Origin: Gnetum montanum
Lineage: Eukaryota; Plantae; Gnetophyta
Assembly (NCBI GenBank): GCA_015680685.1
Contig: MNCI01001005.1
Coordinates: forward strand, 70,529-134,528
Direction: 5' to 3'
DNA: 64,000 nt
The position numbers and the translations under genes are program-made. Shown piece after piece: positions 10,822-24,500 of this stretch (position 1 is the stretch's first letter; every line of letters starts with the position of its first letter). The notes beneath the pieces were generated by a model that was not told where the DNA came from, searched no databases, and worked only from the letters and a program-made list of their open reading frames with translations.

Positions 10822-13800
10822 TGATGAACCATATTTTATCTAGATCTAATATTGGATATTTGATATTAGATCCCTGATATCATATACCTAATATTGGGGC
10901 CCAAGAAGCAATGTCAAATATCCGATATCAAAGGATGTGTGCCAACCTATAAATATAGCACTTGGGTGCACGATTTGGGCATATGTTTTATCATAGCATA
11001 GCAAAGCTCTTGTAGTTTCCTTTCTTTAGAGTTACAATATTTCCCAAAGTTCTTGTAGCATGAGTTATTGAGTGTACGAATCTTTATTCGAGCATTGTTG
11101 TACCTAAGCACGGTAGTATCTACAGTAATAAAGATGAGCTTTCTAATAAACCTTGTAGCACCTTAGCTAAACTAATTATTTTATTTAGGAATTTAATTCT
11201 TTATGTAATTTTAATTAATTTTTCCAAGTAATTAAGCTAATATAAGTTACCTAAGTTAAATAACAATAAATTAAGCACATAAGTATGATCGCTTCGAGCA
11301 TGTGCATGATGCTTGGTAATCCCAACAACACTTAATATTTGGTAACCCAGTGGCATTAGACATGTTTAGGATGTGTATAGAAAGTTGGATTTGATACTTA
11401 TGTTAGGATCAGTTAGAGATTAATGAGTTAGTTAGATTAAATTATCCATTAAAATACTTCATTCGTTTATTTTAAGCACCAAAAACATAAACATAAAAAT
11501 TGATAAAAGTCAAATGTCTCAGTTGCACTTAACCATACCTTTGCATTTAACAAGTGTAATTGGGAAGGTAATGATTATAAAGATTAGATTTCACTTCCTG
11601 AAACTATTGTACTTGAAAACTTAAGGTCTATAGAATTTTACCAAATCAAGTGTGAATGCTTGTAATTTGTATGGTTGAGAATAGGGGTATATTATGCTCA
11701 TCATTAGTACCATTGTCATGGACCTTTAGTTTGTTACATGCACTATCTAGGATTTAGTGAAAAAATTATTTAACATTGTCAAAACAAACCCTAAAGTCAT
11801 ATCATACATTAAAATAACTACAAAAATTATAAAAAGCCCACTACATTTCTTATCTTCTAATGCAAGATGTCTTCTTCTCACAGATGTGATTCTCTGCCCA
11901 AGTCTAATGAAGTAAATTAGTAGGTACCCTAGTAATATAGAGTGATATATGCTCATCCTGATGAGTATGTATCCAATTTCACCTTTGTTCTATACTAGGA
12001 TGAATTATAGTGATGAGACATGTAGGGCAACATTTTGTTGTCACCCAATTGATCCATTCCTATGATGCCCCATCAAACTTTTATTTAGTTTGGCATCCAA
12101 GGGCTTCATGATAAATATGTTATGCAAGATAGTGATGCCAAGGATTATGATCCCACTAATGCATAACATCTGAGGGATTGACAACTAGAGGAGCACTATG
12201 AGTCTATGAAGGGAGAGTGATCCAATGATTCCCTCATTTTCGATGTACCAAAAAGATGGTGGAGAACATTTCTTTGGGGGGTTTTCATATAGAGAGACTC
12301 CTCTCTTTAACTTCAGTGAAGCAAGTCAAAACCAAAGCCTACAATCCATGATACATAATCGTTATTCTAGCAAGAACAGATCCAACGATAAAGGAGGATC
12401 TAAGGAAGAGAGTCATGGAGGGGATGCGGGTAAGCAACATGATCATGATCATCGCTATGACCACTAAAGAGGGGATGGTAGGCACCATGATGGTGGTAGC
12501 CCTCCTTCCTCTTTACCTTCATTGTCATCTTCTTCCTCTTCTAGCTCTAAACCCAACTACAAAGGATGTGATCATGCTGCAAGTGATTAACGAGATTGAG
12601 AGAATCAAGAGACCATCAAATAAGTCAAGATTTGGGGTGTAGGCATTTAAGAGAGGCCCATCACCACAAATGAAGGGTAGTAAATGGCATCATAGGCACT
12701 AGCATCATAGCTATAATGAGCTTTTGTTCATCACCCAAAGCATGCTAAACATTGCAAAGGTGATGAGAATTCCTATAAGACACATAAATGATAGCCAAAT
12801 CAAGATGCTAGACATGAAAAATATTCTCAAGTTCAAAGGGGAATATAACTCAAATTTTCAGAACTATCTTTAGGCTTTTCATGATGACTATGCCTTGTAA
12901 AATATAGAAAAAAACTAGCAAAACCTTAAGTTGTTTCCCAGGGTACTCATCAAGGAGGTAGAAAGCTAGTATCAGTCCTTGGAGCTAAAATCAATCTATA
13001 GATGGAGTACGATGCTCGAACTACTTAATGATAAGTATCAAATGTACTCCTAAGTGTTCAATATAAGAAGGTAGATCCAAGGTTGGAAGTATGAAACACA
13101 TGAGTCCTTGGATGCCACCATGGATAGATATTATTCCTTATTACATTGATGTCTTGGCCATGGTTACTCTTAGTAGGAACTGTAATGATCAAAAATGTCA
13201 ATGGTTGGAACACTGATGGATCCATGGGCACATAGCCTAACCCAAAGTCCATGTGAGGGCCTACTAGAGGTGGAGACAAGGTGCCCTAAATGGTCTTGTC
13301 AATCAAACAAGAACTTACTAGATGTAACTGAGGTGCAGTGTGGTTAGCCATGATGCTAATGCAAAATAATGCTAAGTGTTTGCGTAGTGTTCATAGTGTT
13401 GATGGTGTAGAGCATAGTCATGGGTGCTTGAAGGGATGATCATAGTTAAGGATTTTGGAAAAAATGAGGGTATCAGTATTTTCCAAGTTTTATTCCTAGG
13501 AGAACTCGGACTAGGATGACAGCCAATCAAACCCCAGCTCCCTTGGTTAGTAACCCCTTTAACTTTACTAACTATCATGATATCCCAAAATCACTTGAAA
13601 ATATAATTTTTTTTTATCCCACAAACCCTTATAGTGATGTTAAATTCCATCCTTATTCTCATCCTATTCCTACACTAGTTCCTCCATCCTCAATATAGCT
13701 ACTACTTGCTCCATCCATGTAGGGTGAACTTCCAGCTCAGCCATAGAAATGCAATGCTACCAAGGCCATCAATCTAAAGTTGGTTAATCAACTAAGTGGT

Positions 13801-16800
13801 TTAGAACCTCATGCTCATAAAATACCTTTCTTTTTATTCAACTACCCAACTAGACCCTCACATACACCTATAACTAGAAACCCTACTTCACTATCTCCCT
13901 CTACATCTAATCCATTTAAGTCCCCTTCAAATCAAATACTACCTAGAATTCATAATGTTATCCTCACTTATGTCATATCTAATTTGTTCTAGGTGGGAAA
14001 CCTTCCTAGAAAATTAGCTATTCTTGGAAGTCCACTTATCTATTTACAAATTCTAGGAATGAACTACGTAAAGCTCTTCTTGATTTAGGTTCTGATGTTA
14101 ACTTGATTTCTCATGAGATGTATACTACTTGGAATCTACCACCTCTCAAAAAGAGCAATATATAATTGGAATTGGTAGACTTGTCCATAACCATCCCATT
14201 GGAATTGGTAGGAGACATTGTGACCACTTTTTGTAGGTGGTCTTATCTTGTTAATTTCCTAGTAATCAAGATTGAGAACTAAGAAGGAAGTTCCATGCAT
14301 CAAGTACAATGATACAAGGTGCAATTGTATGTAGAAACTCTGTTCCATGAAACAAGTTTCTATTTTTGTATGTAGATAGTATGTACATGAAGCAAATATT
14401 TAAAGGTTTCTATATGCAGTAGCCACAAAATAAGAGGGCACCCAGTGGTTAATCGCTAATTTTAAAAATAGCATAATGTACATGGAATCTACTGAGAGTC
14501 TAACATGCACTTATGTCATAGGCATGGATGAGCTAGAGTAAGTTCATCACCAACTCTCTAATAATACAAATGATGATGCCTATTAGGGAGAGCTAGAAAT
14601 TCCCAAAAATTTTAAATAAGAGCACCTTGAGCTAAAAAATCTACCTACTAACATGGAATATGCAATCTTGAAAAATGAAAAGTCAATAATAATCAATGCA
14701 AATATTTCTTTTAAATAGAAACAAATGCTATTGAAAGTGGTTAATTGATGGCCAATAGCCTTTTCTTGGTCATATCCTAAACTCATTGGAGTTGATCCAT
14801 GGTTTTGTTAGCACTACAGTTATACTAATCCATCCATGAGACCAAAGAGGAAACTACAATGGCAGTTGAATCCAAAATTGAAGAAAATTGTCAAAGAGGA
14901 CATTAAGAAACTCCTTAAGGTGGGGTTCATCTATCCCATTGTGTATAGTAAGTGGAACATCCCACTTGTGATAGTGCCAAAGAGAGATGGCAAATGGACA
15001 TCTCTACAAGGTGTGCACCAATGGCCTAGTTCATTGGTGTGTCCCTAATGCTGTCAATTGCACATTCTCTAGGATGCTCATGAGGGTCCTTGTGTGGGCC
15101 ACTATGTTGAGAAAAACATGGCCATTAAAATCCTAATGGAAAGGTATTCTTGGCCAATACCTTTTAGGGATGCTCATCAAATTTTCCACTCTTGTCAACA
15201 CTAACAATGAGATGGTGGAATAACCGCTTGAATGAAAGGACCTCATTGGGCCTTAACTTCATGGATCCCATCATGCCCATGTCAAATGAAAAGGTGTACA
15301 TAATATTTATTATTGAATATTATATTAAATGGGTAGAAGCATGGTTTGTACAGTAGAATGTTATAAATAGGTTTGGTGTGCCATGTGCAGTAATCTCTGA
15401 TAATGGAACCCACTTTATAGACACTACCTTTCGAAAGCTCATGCAACACTTGAAGGTTAAGCATAAATTAATAACACCTTATCATCCCCAAGCCAATGGT
15501 CAAGCTAAGGTTACAAATAGTAAAATCACTAAGAGCTTGACAAGAATAGTTAACAAATATAGGAGAGACTACAACACAAAACTCAATGGTGCCCTTTAGG
15601 CCTATTAACCAACATGGAAACTCCTTATTGGCTACTCACCCTATGAGTTGATGTACAGAAAATTACCAAGTCTCCCTATTTAATCCAATCTTTGTACACT
15701 ATCAGAAGTCTATGACCTTAACCTTAACTTTAAGTATAGCATAGGAGGAAAGATTAATAAATCTTAACCTACTAGATGAAAACTAATTGGTGGCCTTGTC
15801 ATCTAATGAGTTGCATAAGGCATTCAATAAAAACTGACATAAGCTTAGAATAAGGAAAGTAAAATTTCAACTAGGAGATAAGGTCCTCTACTAGAACCCC
15901 ACACATATATCTCAATTAACTAAGTTTTAGACATTTTGAAAAGGACCTTACATCATTTATGAAACATTTTTCTTTGGGGCCATGTTGATCTACAAACTTG
16001 AGAGCCCAAAAAAAAAGAAGTTGGTCAACAACCAACAAAAAAATCCTTTCCATGAGCATAAGCAAGCTACTGCAACAAATACCCTACTAGATGGACGATT
16101 ACACTTAATTTTTTAAATCTTTTCCTTTCAACCTAATTGTGGTGGAGATGGCCATCCATGCTAACCATATACATGGCTCCTTAGTTTCTCTATTTTTTGT
16201 TTTACATATTTCTTTTGCAAATTTTTTATTTTATTCCTTTTTTATTTGAAAATTTTAGACTTGGAAAGGATTCAAAGGTGTGAATAGGGTGTGAATTCAA
16301 GGGAACTTGGTACTCTTTGTGCTTTTCTACTTGGGTGCATGTATGTTTTTATGGATTTCTTATTGTTTCATGTTAATCAATAACATGAAGTTGAATAAGT
16401 CTTTCCATGGTGTGGTTCCCATTTCAAAAAAAAATGATGGAAATTCAAACCACACCCATTAGACAAAATAAACTAGCTACAAGCATTGGTTATGGGACTA
16501 AAGAGACATGTTACCCATGCCTAAAGGTCCCCCTCTAACTAAGGCCTTTTCTAAGTTCCTACTTCTCTTTTCTTCTTAAAATAAGAAATGGTGGTTGTTC
16601 TATGAGAGCACTCTTCTGTCTTGAGGTGGTGGATCGATCTTGTGTCACTAAACATGGTTGATTGGTCTAGACTAAGGATGGATTTTATTAGGTCACCTAA
16701 CCACAAAATTCACAAGGAATTCATGTGACCTTCATTAGGAACTCCATTGCACTTTCTCTCTCATCCATCTATGCTTTCCTTGCCTCACCTCACTACTAGT

Positions 16801-18502
16801 ATTCATGATCATGTTTCATGTCTTGGTTTGATGTGTCCAAATTCTTAGTTAGTTTATTTTGGGTTTTTGTACTTAACTTTCCATAACCATTAATCATCAA
16901 TGGGACCCACAAACTCCTTGGTTTGAGGTTATGAAAGGACAACAAAGCTTGTGTGCCTACTTTGGGGAGGACCTGTTTACATACCTATTGGTTAGATTAG
17001 CTAAGTTCTTTATCCTTAGAAATTCTCACAATCAAATCCTTTTACATGTCCCATTAATGAAATCCAATTGTGCACATCTTCATAATGTTTTTTAGTGAAA
17101 TTCACTTTTTTTTATTACGAATTCTTTAAACCTCTTTAAGCATTTTATCACATTTGTGATTTTTAGAATTTAATAATGGATCATTTATCCATTTCACCCT
17201 ATTTCTTAATCTTCCTGTTAAAACTATTAAAGGAATAAATCCACCAAAATCACAACCTAGCCAAGTGTAACTACTGATGAGACAAGGTATCTAAAGGATA
17301 TACGTTACACATTGCACAGTAATATGCAATTTTGTTGTGATTGCAATGGGAAGCATGGATTGGAAGTAGGAATATCTTCATCAAAGAAGAAGTAGTAACA
17401 TCATGCAACAAAGACCCTTCATGATCATTGAATCTTCTCCCTCAATTTTGGATAAGGTATTCAATTCTATTGTCATGAATACCCAATTTTGTAAAAGATT
17501 GTATATTTATACACTTGGTCACTTAGTGTCTATCTATTTCTTTTGAGTTAATTTAGATTTTAGTAAATAATCTCATACCTTCCCAATATTTTGTAACGAA
17601 CTTGTTCCTCCTTTTGTTCACTTAAGGAGGAGTTTTCATTCAGTCATGGGGGTATGATGAATTGTATTTTGTTTGGCTCTGATATCAGGGCCCAAGAAGT
17701 GATGTCAAATATTTGATATCATGGAATGTGTACTGGTCTATAAATATAATGCTTAGGCACACAATTTGGGCATAGGGTTTGTCATATCATAGCAGAGATC
17801 TTGCAGTTTCTTTTCTCTAGTGTTAGAATATTTTTCAAAGTGACTGCAACATGAGTCATTAAGTGTATGGATCTTTATTTAAGCACTACTGTACCTAAGC
17901 ACGGTAGTGTGTGTGGCAATAAAGATGAGCTTTCTAATAAAACTTGTAGCACATTGGCTAGATTAATTATTTTATTTATCTATTTAATGATTTATGAAAT
18001 TTTATTTAATGCTTCTGAGTAATTAAGGTAAACTAAGCTAAGCTAAGATAGTTAGGTTAAATAGTAATAAATTAAACACATATGTACGACCACTTCGAGC
18101 ATGTGCATGACACATCATAATCCTAGTAACACAACATTTGGTAATCCAGTAGAATTAGATGTGTTAAGTATGTGTATGGAATGTGGGATCGAATACTTAT
18201 GTTAGAATTAATTATAGACTAATGATTTAGTTAGATTAAATTATCCATTAAATTAATTCATTCCTTTATTTTAAGCACCAAGAACATCAACATAAAAAAT
18301 GATAAAAATTAGATACCTTAGTTGCACTTAACAATACTTTTACATTTCACAAGTATAACTAGGAATACAATGATTGTAACAATTACATTTCACTTCCTAG
18401 AACTAGTGTACTTGAAGACTTAAGGTCTACGGAATTTGACTAGATCACATGTAAATACTTGTGATTTGTATGGTTGAGCATAGGGGTATTCACTGCTCAT
18501 CA
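10822..18502 (+). mobile_element. Full-length (internally deleted) Athila-like family A element inserted in the RT of the CRM-like element
   Basis: LTRs 10822-11703 and 17655-18502 (TGATG...CATCA). TSD AGTGG at 10817-10821 and 18503-18507. Decayed tRNA-Asp-type PBS at 11705-11722 and PPT GTCATGGGGGTA at 17643-17654. Confidence 0.92.
12000..16070 (+). pseudogene. gag-protease-(RT stub)-integrase remnants; most of RT and all of RNase H deleted
   Basis: ALLDLGSDVNL protease motif at ~14070. LLKVGFIYPI...VPKRDGKW RT start is fused at ~15000 to the pre-integrase region. Integrase motifs ISDNGTHF and PYHPQANGQA. Confidence 0.85.
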
Positions 18503-21170
18503 AGTGGGTAGAATAATAAAGAAAATTATAGGAGTTACTTGCAAATGGTTTCATGAGAAAATCCATTTTACTTTATTTAGTTCTAGTAATGCTTATGCCA
18601 AAGAAGAATAATAATGAATGGAGGATATGCATTGACTCTAAGGAAGTCAATAAGATAATAGTGAGGCATGCATTTTTTATTCAAAGGATGGATGATATGC
18701 TTGATGCCATTACCAATGTAGATATTTTTAGTAAAATTGATTTGAATAGTGGTTATCATTAAATTTGAATTAGACATGGTGATAAATGAAAGATATATTT
18801 TAAAACACTAGTGGATTGTTTGAGTGGTTGGTGATGCCCTTTGAAATTAGAAATTCATCTGCTACATTCATGAGGTTGATGCATGATGTACTTAAAGATT
18901 AGATTGGTAAGAATTTTATTATTTTTTAACAATTTTTTAGTGTACAATTCTAATGAATATGAGAACTTGGATCACTTAAGAAGAGTGTGTCTAAAATTTA
19001 AGAAGGCACATTTGGTAATCAATGTGAAGAGCAATCATTTCTTTAATAGGAAAATCAAATACATCAAGCATGTGATTTCCAAAAATCAAATTTAGATGGA
19101 AGTATCGAGATGAGGACTATTAGAGATTGGGCAACTCCTAAGAATGTTGGGAAAGTAAGATCATTCCTTAGTTTAACAAGGTTTTATCAAAGATTCATAA
19201 AAAAATTCAATGATATTTCTTCATATATGTTTGATTTTTTAAAGAAAAATAAATATTTTAAGTTTTGTGATGAAATCAAAAGGAGCTTTAATTTTCTAAA
19301 AAAAAAAAAAATAGTGAGTCAATGCTTACAATTCTATATGTTTAGAAGATTTTTTAGGTGGAGGTGGATGCAAATGGACTTACCATTTGAGGGGTACTTT
19401 TACAAGAATGAAGAATGTAAGCTTATTACTTTATTTTCTAAAAGGTTAAATGAGTCAACGTAAAAATATAGCATATATAAGAAGGAGTTTTATGTTTGTC
19501 TTTAAAAAATTAAGCATTGGAGACATTAGTTATTATCCAAGGAGTTCATCTTGATGATGGATCATAACCACTTTAGTTTCTAATTTCTTAAAATAAGTTG
19601 AGTGCTAAATACATAAAATGTATTGTATAATTGCAAGATTTCAATTTTGTACTTAGCAAAAAATTTAAAAAGACAATGTGATAGCCAATGCATTATTTAT
19701 GGTGCATGTGGTTGATTTCAATGTACTACATGTGGAAGGTCTGGGTGATTTTGCCGCTTTTTATGAGCATGATTATGATTTTGGGTAGATGTGAAAAACC
19801 CTCAAGGAAGCATTGTTGAGTTGGATAGGGTAGTGGAGAGACTATCATATTTAAGATAAACTATTATTCCAAAATAGGAAGGTATGTGTTCTTAAGTATG
19901 AGTTTAGAAAGAAATTATTATTTTGAAAAGCATTGTGATGACATGGCAGGTTATATGGGTAGGGATAAAACATTGGATATAATGGGTAGAAACTATTTAT
20001 GGCCTAGAATGACATTTTGAGTTTCCAAGTCTGTGAATGAGTGCTTGACATGTCAAAAAAATTCAAAGGACATAAAGGAGTGAATGGACAGTACATGCCT
20101 TTGTCAATTCCAAAGGATTCATGGAAAAATATGTCAAGGGATTTTATGAGTGATATTCCAAAGACCAAGAGTGCGAACAATGCTATTTTTGTTGTGGTGA
20201 ATAGGTTCTCCAATATGGAAAACTTCATTCCATGCAAAAATATGAATGATGCATTTCATATGGAAAATTTAATTTTCCAGCATGTTGTAAAATTACATGA
20301 TATTAATTTGAATATTATTAGTGATAGAGACTCCAAGTTCACTAGTCATTTTTGAATGTTCCTCTAGAAAATTTTAGGAACAAAGCTAAATTTTTCTAGT
20401 GTATATCATCCATAATTTGATGGTCAAATTCAAGTGGTGAAAAATCCTTGTTAAATATTTTGGGATATTATGTGATGAACATCCCAATCAATGGAAAAAT
20501 TTGTTATGTCATGTTGAATTTTTGTATAATGATGCTTTTCATATTATCATTGGAAAAAGCCCATTTTAGATGAATTATGATTTTTTTTCAAAGATGGTTG
20601 ATAATGTAAAGAGCTTTAAGGATGAAACATAACTCAATGCTAATTTTTTGCTAGAGATGAGGGATCTTCATGCACAAGTAAAGGTAAATCTCAAAAAGAA
20701 GACTCAAGAAAGATTTCTCAAGAGGAATGAGGATAAGCAAAAGGCTATATTTGATATTAGCAACTTAGTTTAGGTGCACTTAAAACAGAAGAGATTAAGA
20801 GGTATCTACTTCTCTGAGTTGAAATTCAAGAAGATGGATCCTTTTAGAGTCAAGGCCAAAATTAATAATAATGCTTTTGAGATTAACTTATCCAACAATT
20901 TTGATATTTATTTTTCATTTAATGTTTCAACTCTTAGGCACTACCATGGATTGATTGATGATGAAAACTTATAGGGTAGCATTAATATGTTGAAGGGAGC
21001 TATTAATCAGTCCAAAATTTTAATGAAGAGGAAGATAATTATACTTAAGTAGAGAGAAGCTTCAAGAAATTGGGAAGTGAAGAGGCATGAGTACTTGATC
21101 CATTGGAAGGATTAATCAATGGATGATGGTGTATGGGTCCATGAGACCAAACATGTTGAGTGAGGAATCA
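18503..21170 (+). pseudogene. RT, RNase H, integrase and C-terminal chromodomain of the CRM-like element
   Basis: WRICIDSKEVNKI, FSKIDLNSGYH, VRSFLSLTRFYQRFI, IISDRDSKFTSHF, GPF-like DPFRVKAKINNNAFEINL, and chromodomain HEYLIHWKDxSMDDGVWVHE at ~21085-21145. Confidence 0.88.
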
Positions 21171-21974
21171 CTTCTATGCATACTCTTTTGTTTACATGGG
21201 CTCACTTTTTAAAAGGTGAAAGAGCTGGTATAGGAACACCTCTTCCAATTCTCTTTTCTTCTTCCCAAAAATTATTTTTGCACATTTTAGCTTTGTGAAG
21301 ATGTCTAGAATATATAGGAGATATATTGACTAAGATTTCATCTTGCATAAGAGATGTCTTACATGTGTAGGAGAAATCTTAGCTGAGAAGGAGACATCTT
21401 ATCTTATTTAAAGATATCTCAAGTGAGAAGTTGCATATTTTATGAGATATCTTTGGGGAGATGTCTCATACTAGCAAGAGATATCTTCCACTCTCAAGAT
21501 AAGTCTCACCTAAATGGTGAAAGTTTATAGAAAATATCCTAGGAAAGCTAAAGATGATCCATATAGTTAGGAAAACATCCAAATTGGAAAGGAGCTGAGT
21601 TAGAAGAGATAAAAAGGTAAACATTCAAATATCTTCAAGTTAATCTTGAAGAAATTTTTTCTCATTCTAACTTGTGTTCTTGATTGTGAATTACAATATT
21701 AATTCTAACTTGTGATAGATATTCTCATTCAGTTATCCCTTGAATTAAGGATAATCGTTGTATGGTTGTACCACCTCATGCTCTACAACATCATTAAATG
21801 TTGTAAGTGAATTGATGTTATGGGTTATGGAACCAAGATTGTAATTTTCTTTACATTAATTTAAGATAGCTAATTCTTTTTTGTTTTGTAGTAAATTATT
21901 TTATCTTCCTAATATCTGGATTCAATATATGTTTTTGAAAGGTTTAAAATTTGAGTGATCTTACTCCAATCTTT

Positions 21975-24500
21975 AATACTAGACATGATAGTAAGGCTAT
22001 AGAGTTTTCTAGCTATCCTACTTAATACATCCACCACCTTGTTTCCTTTGACTAGAAGATATTGGATTATGAAATCAAAATATGTCAATAATTCTACCAA
22101 TCACTTTTGTCACATGTTCAATTATGGTTTATTTATAAGGTGCTACAAACTCTTATGGTCTGTTCAATATGTAATCTATTCATCATACAAATAATATCTC
22201 AAAGTCATAAGAGTAAAGACAATATTACTAGGCTCTAGATCATGAACTAGATATTTGATCTCATGAAGTTTCTTCTATCTAGAAGCATAGATCATCAATT
22301 TTCCATATTTTATAAGAAAATCACCTAAATATTTTCCTGATGAATTTGTGTATACATTGTAATGCTTACCAAGAACTACTAGAATCAAGATAAGGATTAA
22401 GATCAATCTCTATTCCAGCTTCTCAAAAGCCTTCTAACAAGCATCTAACCAAGAGAAAGCATAATCTTTCCTAAGAAACTTATGGTGTGACTACAATCTT
22501 AGAGAAATCCTCTATAAATTTCTTATAATATCTTGCTAAGTTCAATAAAATTTTAACTTTATTCATCATCATTGAAACAAGTTAATCTTTATTCACTACT
22601 ATCCTAGAAAGATCCACAACTATACCTTCCCCCAAAACCACTGATCAAGAAGTTATATCTTTGTATTAACAAATGCACAATTAGAAGAATAACCATACAA
22701 TTTTTGATCTCTCAAATTCTACAATCATACTCTCAATTATTTCTTATGGGCCTTTTAATTCTTAGAGTAAACCAAAATTTCATCAATAGATATAATGATA
22801 AATTTATCCAAATAAGAATGCATCATATTATTCTTTAAAGACATGAAAACTGCTAATACATTAGTTTGTTCAAAAGATAATAACTAAGAACTCATAACAA
22901 CTATATCTTGTTCTAAAGGTTTTTTTAAGTATATTCTCTTCTCATACCCTAATTTGATAATAGTTAAACTTTAAATTAATCTTAGAGAATACCTTAACTT
23001 CTCTCAACTAATCAATCACATCATTGATATTTGATAAAGGATATTCATTCCTATCTATCACCTAATTCAAGTATTTGTAATTAATATACAACCTTAAAAT
23101 GTCATCCTTCTTCATCAAAAATTGCACTAACGCATCCCAAACTGAAACACTTGATTGAATCATGGCTTTTCTCAATAGTTCATAAATCTATACTTTAAGC
23201 TCTATCAACTCCACAAGAAACATCTTATGAGATGTCCTAGAAATTGGTTGAGTTTAGGCTTGAGTGTAATCTCAAACTCAATCACTATTTAAGGAGACAC
23301 TCTAGAAATTTCTTTCTTAAATATATCTAAGAAATTTAGAACCACCAAGATATGTGCTATCTTCTTGTTAGTTTCCTCATGTGCCAAGATCATGAAACAA
23401 CCATGACCATGCTTAGGTACCTATTGAAACTTCTTGATGGTAAGAAGGTCAAGCTTAATCTTATAATTCAACCATCCATAATACTTAGTAAGCCAATTCA
23501 TATAAAGATTCACATAATATTCTCTAAGTTCCATCACCATCTAATCACTACATCACCTATTACCTTATATCACCATCTCTATTGAAGGTAACATCTCTAA
23601 AACTATCATACTAGGAGAATGAATTTTTTAAATTACTATGGGAGAACTCATTGGTGAATGCTTAAGCTATAAATGGATCATAACTCTAGGTTCCACAAAA
23701 GAATGAATGGCTCCAAGATTAAACAAGATTAAAAAGAAGTCATCAATATTACCTGTGGTATTCATGACAGTGTTGGGTTGTTCATCCAAAGGTTGTTCTA
23801 TCTAATCATAGACTCTACTCTTATATCTTAATTTCTTAATTATAAATCTCTTATTCCATGACGTTTTTACTCCATTAGCTTGGTTCTTAGCTATTTTTTT
23901 TGGGCATTTCTAGATCTTATATTTTGGCTTACCATAAGAATAGTAATTTGGAAACTTACACATGAGATGTCCTATCTTACTACACATATGGCACATGGAA
24001 GCGAAGTTAAAAGGTATGCTACTACTACTACCTCCAAGAGTCCTAGCCTACTTAGAGCTACCAAATTTTCTAATGATCTAAGATATCCTCTTGACCTAAT
24101 TTGATTTTTTCTTCTTACTCAATATTCTACTTCACTCTATGGCCAATGTCCTAGTATGAGTTGTCTCATACTTAGTCTAATAAAGAGGAATCAAACCTAT
24201 ATATAGGGGTTTAATAATTCCATTAATGGGATGATTGGTCATCTATTCTTCATCATCGTAGAGGTGAGGTTCAAACTACACCAACTAGAGGAACTTTATA
24301 ACATACTCAAAAAGATTAATATCTCCTTACTTTAAGTTGGATAAATTCTTAGCCTTAACTCTCCTAAACTCCTTGGGCATGTATCTCTCTTTGAAGGCTT
24401 TAAGAAATTTAGTCTATTCTATCTCTCAATGAATCTAGCTACTAGCAACCTTGGTTATCTACCACTACTGGTTACCTACACCCTTAAGTTGATGAGGAAC
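21975..24500 (-). pseudogene. Tekay gag C-terminal part, CCHC, protease, RT, RNase H remnants
   Basis: HQLKGVGNQxW, [34 protein letters not shown]...HDLE, ELLTYFDFIIQY...GNKVVDVLSR. Confidence 0.8.

Larger units (their letters stand above)
4190..21970 (+). mobile_element. CRM-like chromovirus (Ty3/gypsy), interrupted by insertions at 4646-8436 and 10822-18502
   Basis: 5' LTR ~4190-4645 plus 8442-8848 (start truncated). tRNA-iMet PBS TGGTAATAGAGC at 8853. gag-pol remnants present. PPT at 21211-21225 and 3' LTR at 21226-~21970, similar to the 5' LTR pieces. Confidence 0.8.

Noticed and set aside
12415-12642. Hydrophobic ORFs 12415-12642 and 38593-38898 as membrane/env proteins
   Set aside because: They are off-frame readings of a Ser/Gly/Asp-rich low-complexity gag N-terminal region shared by the two copies.
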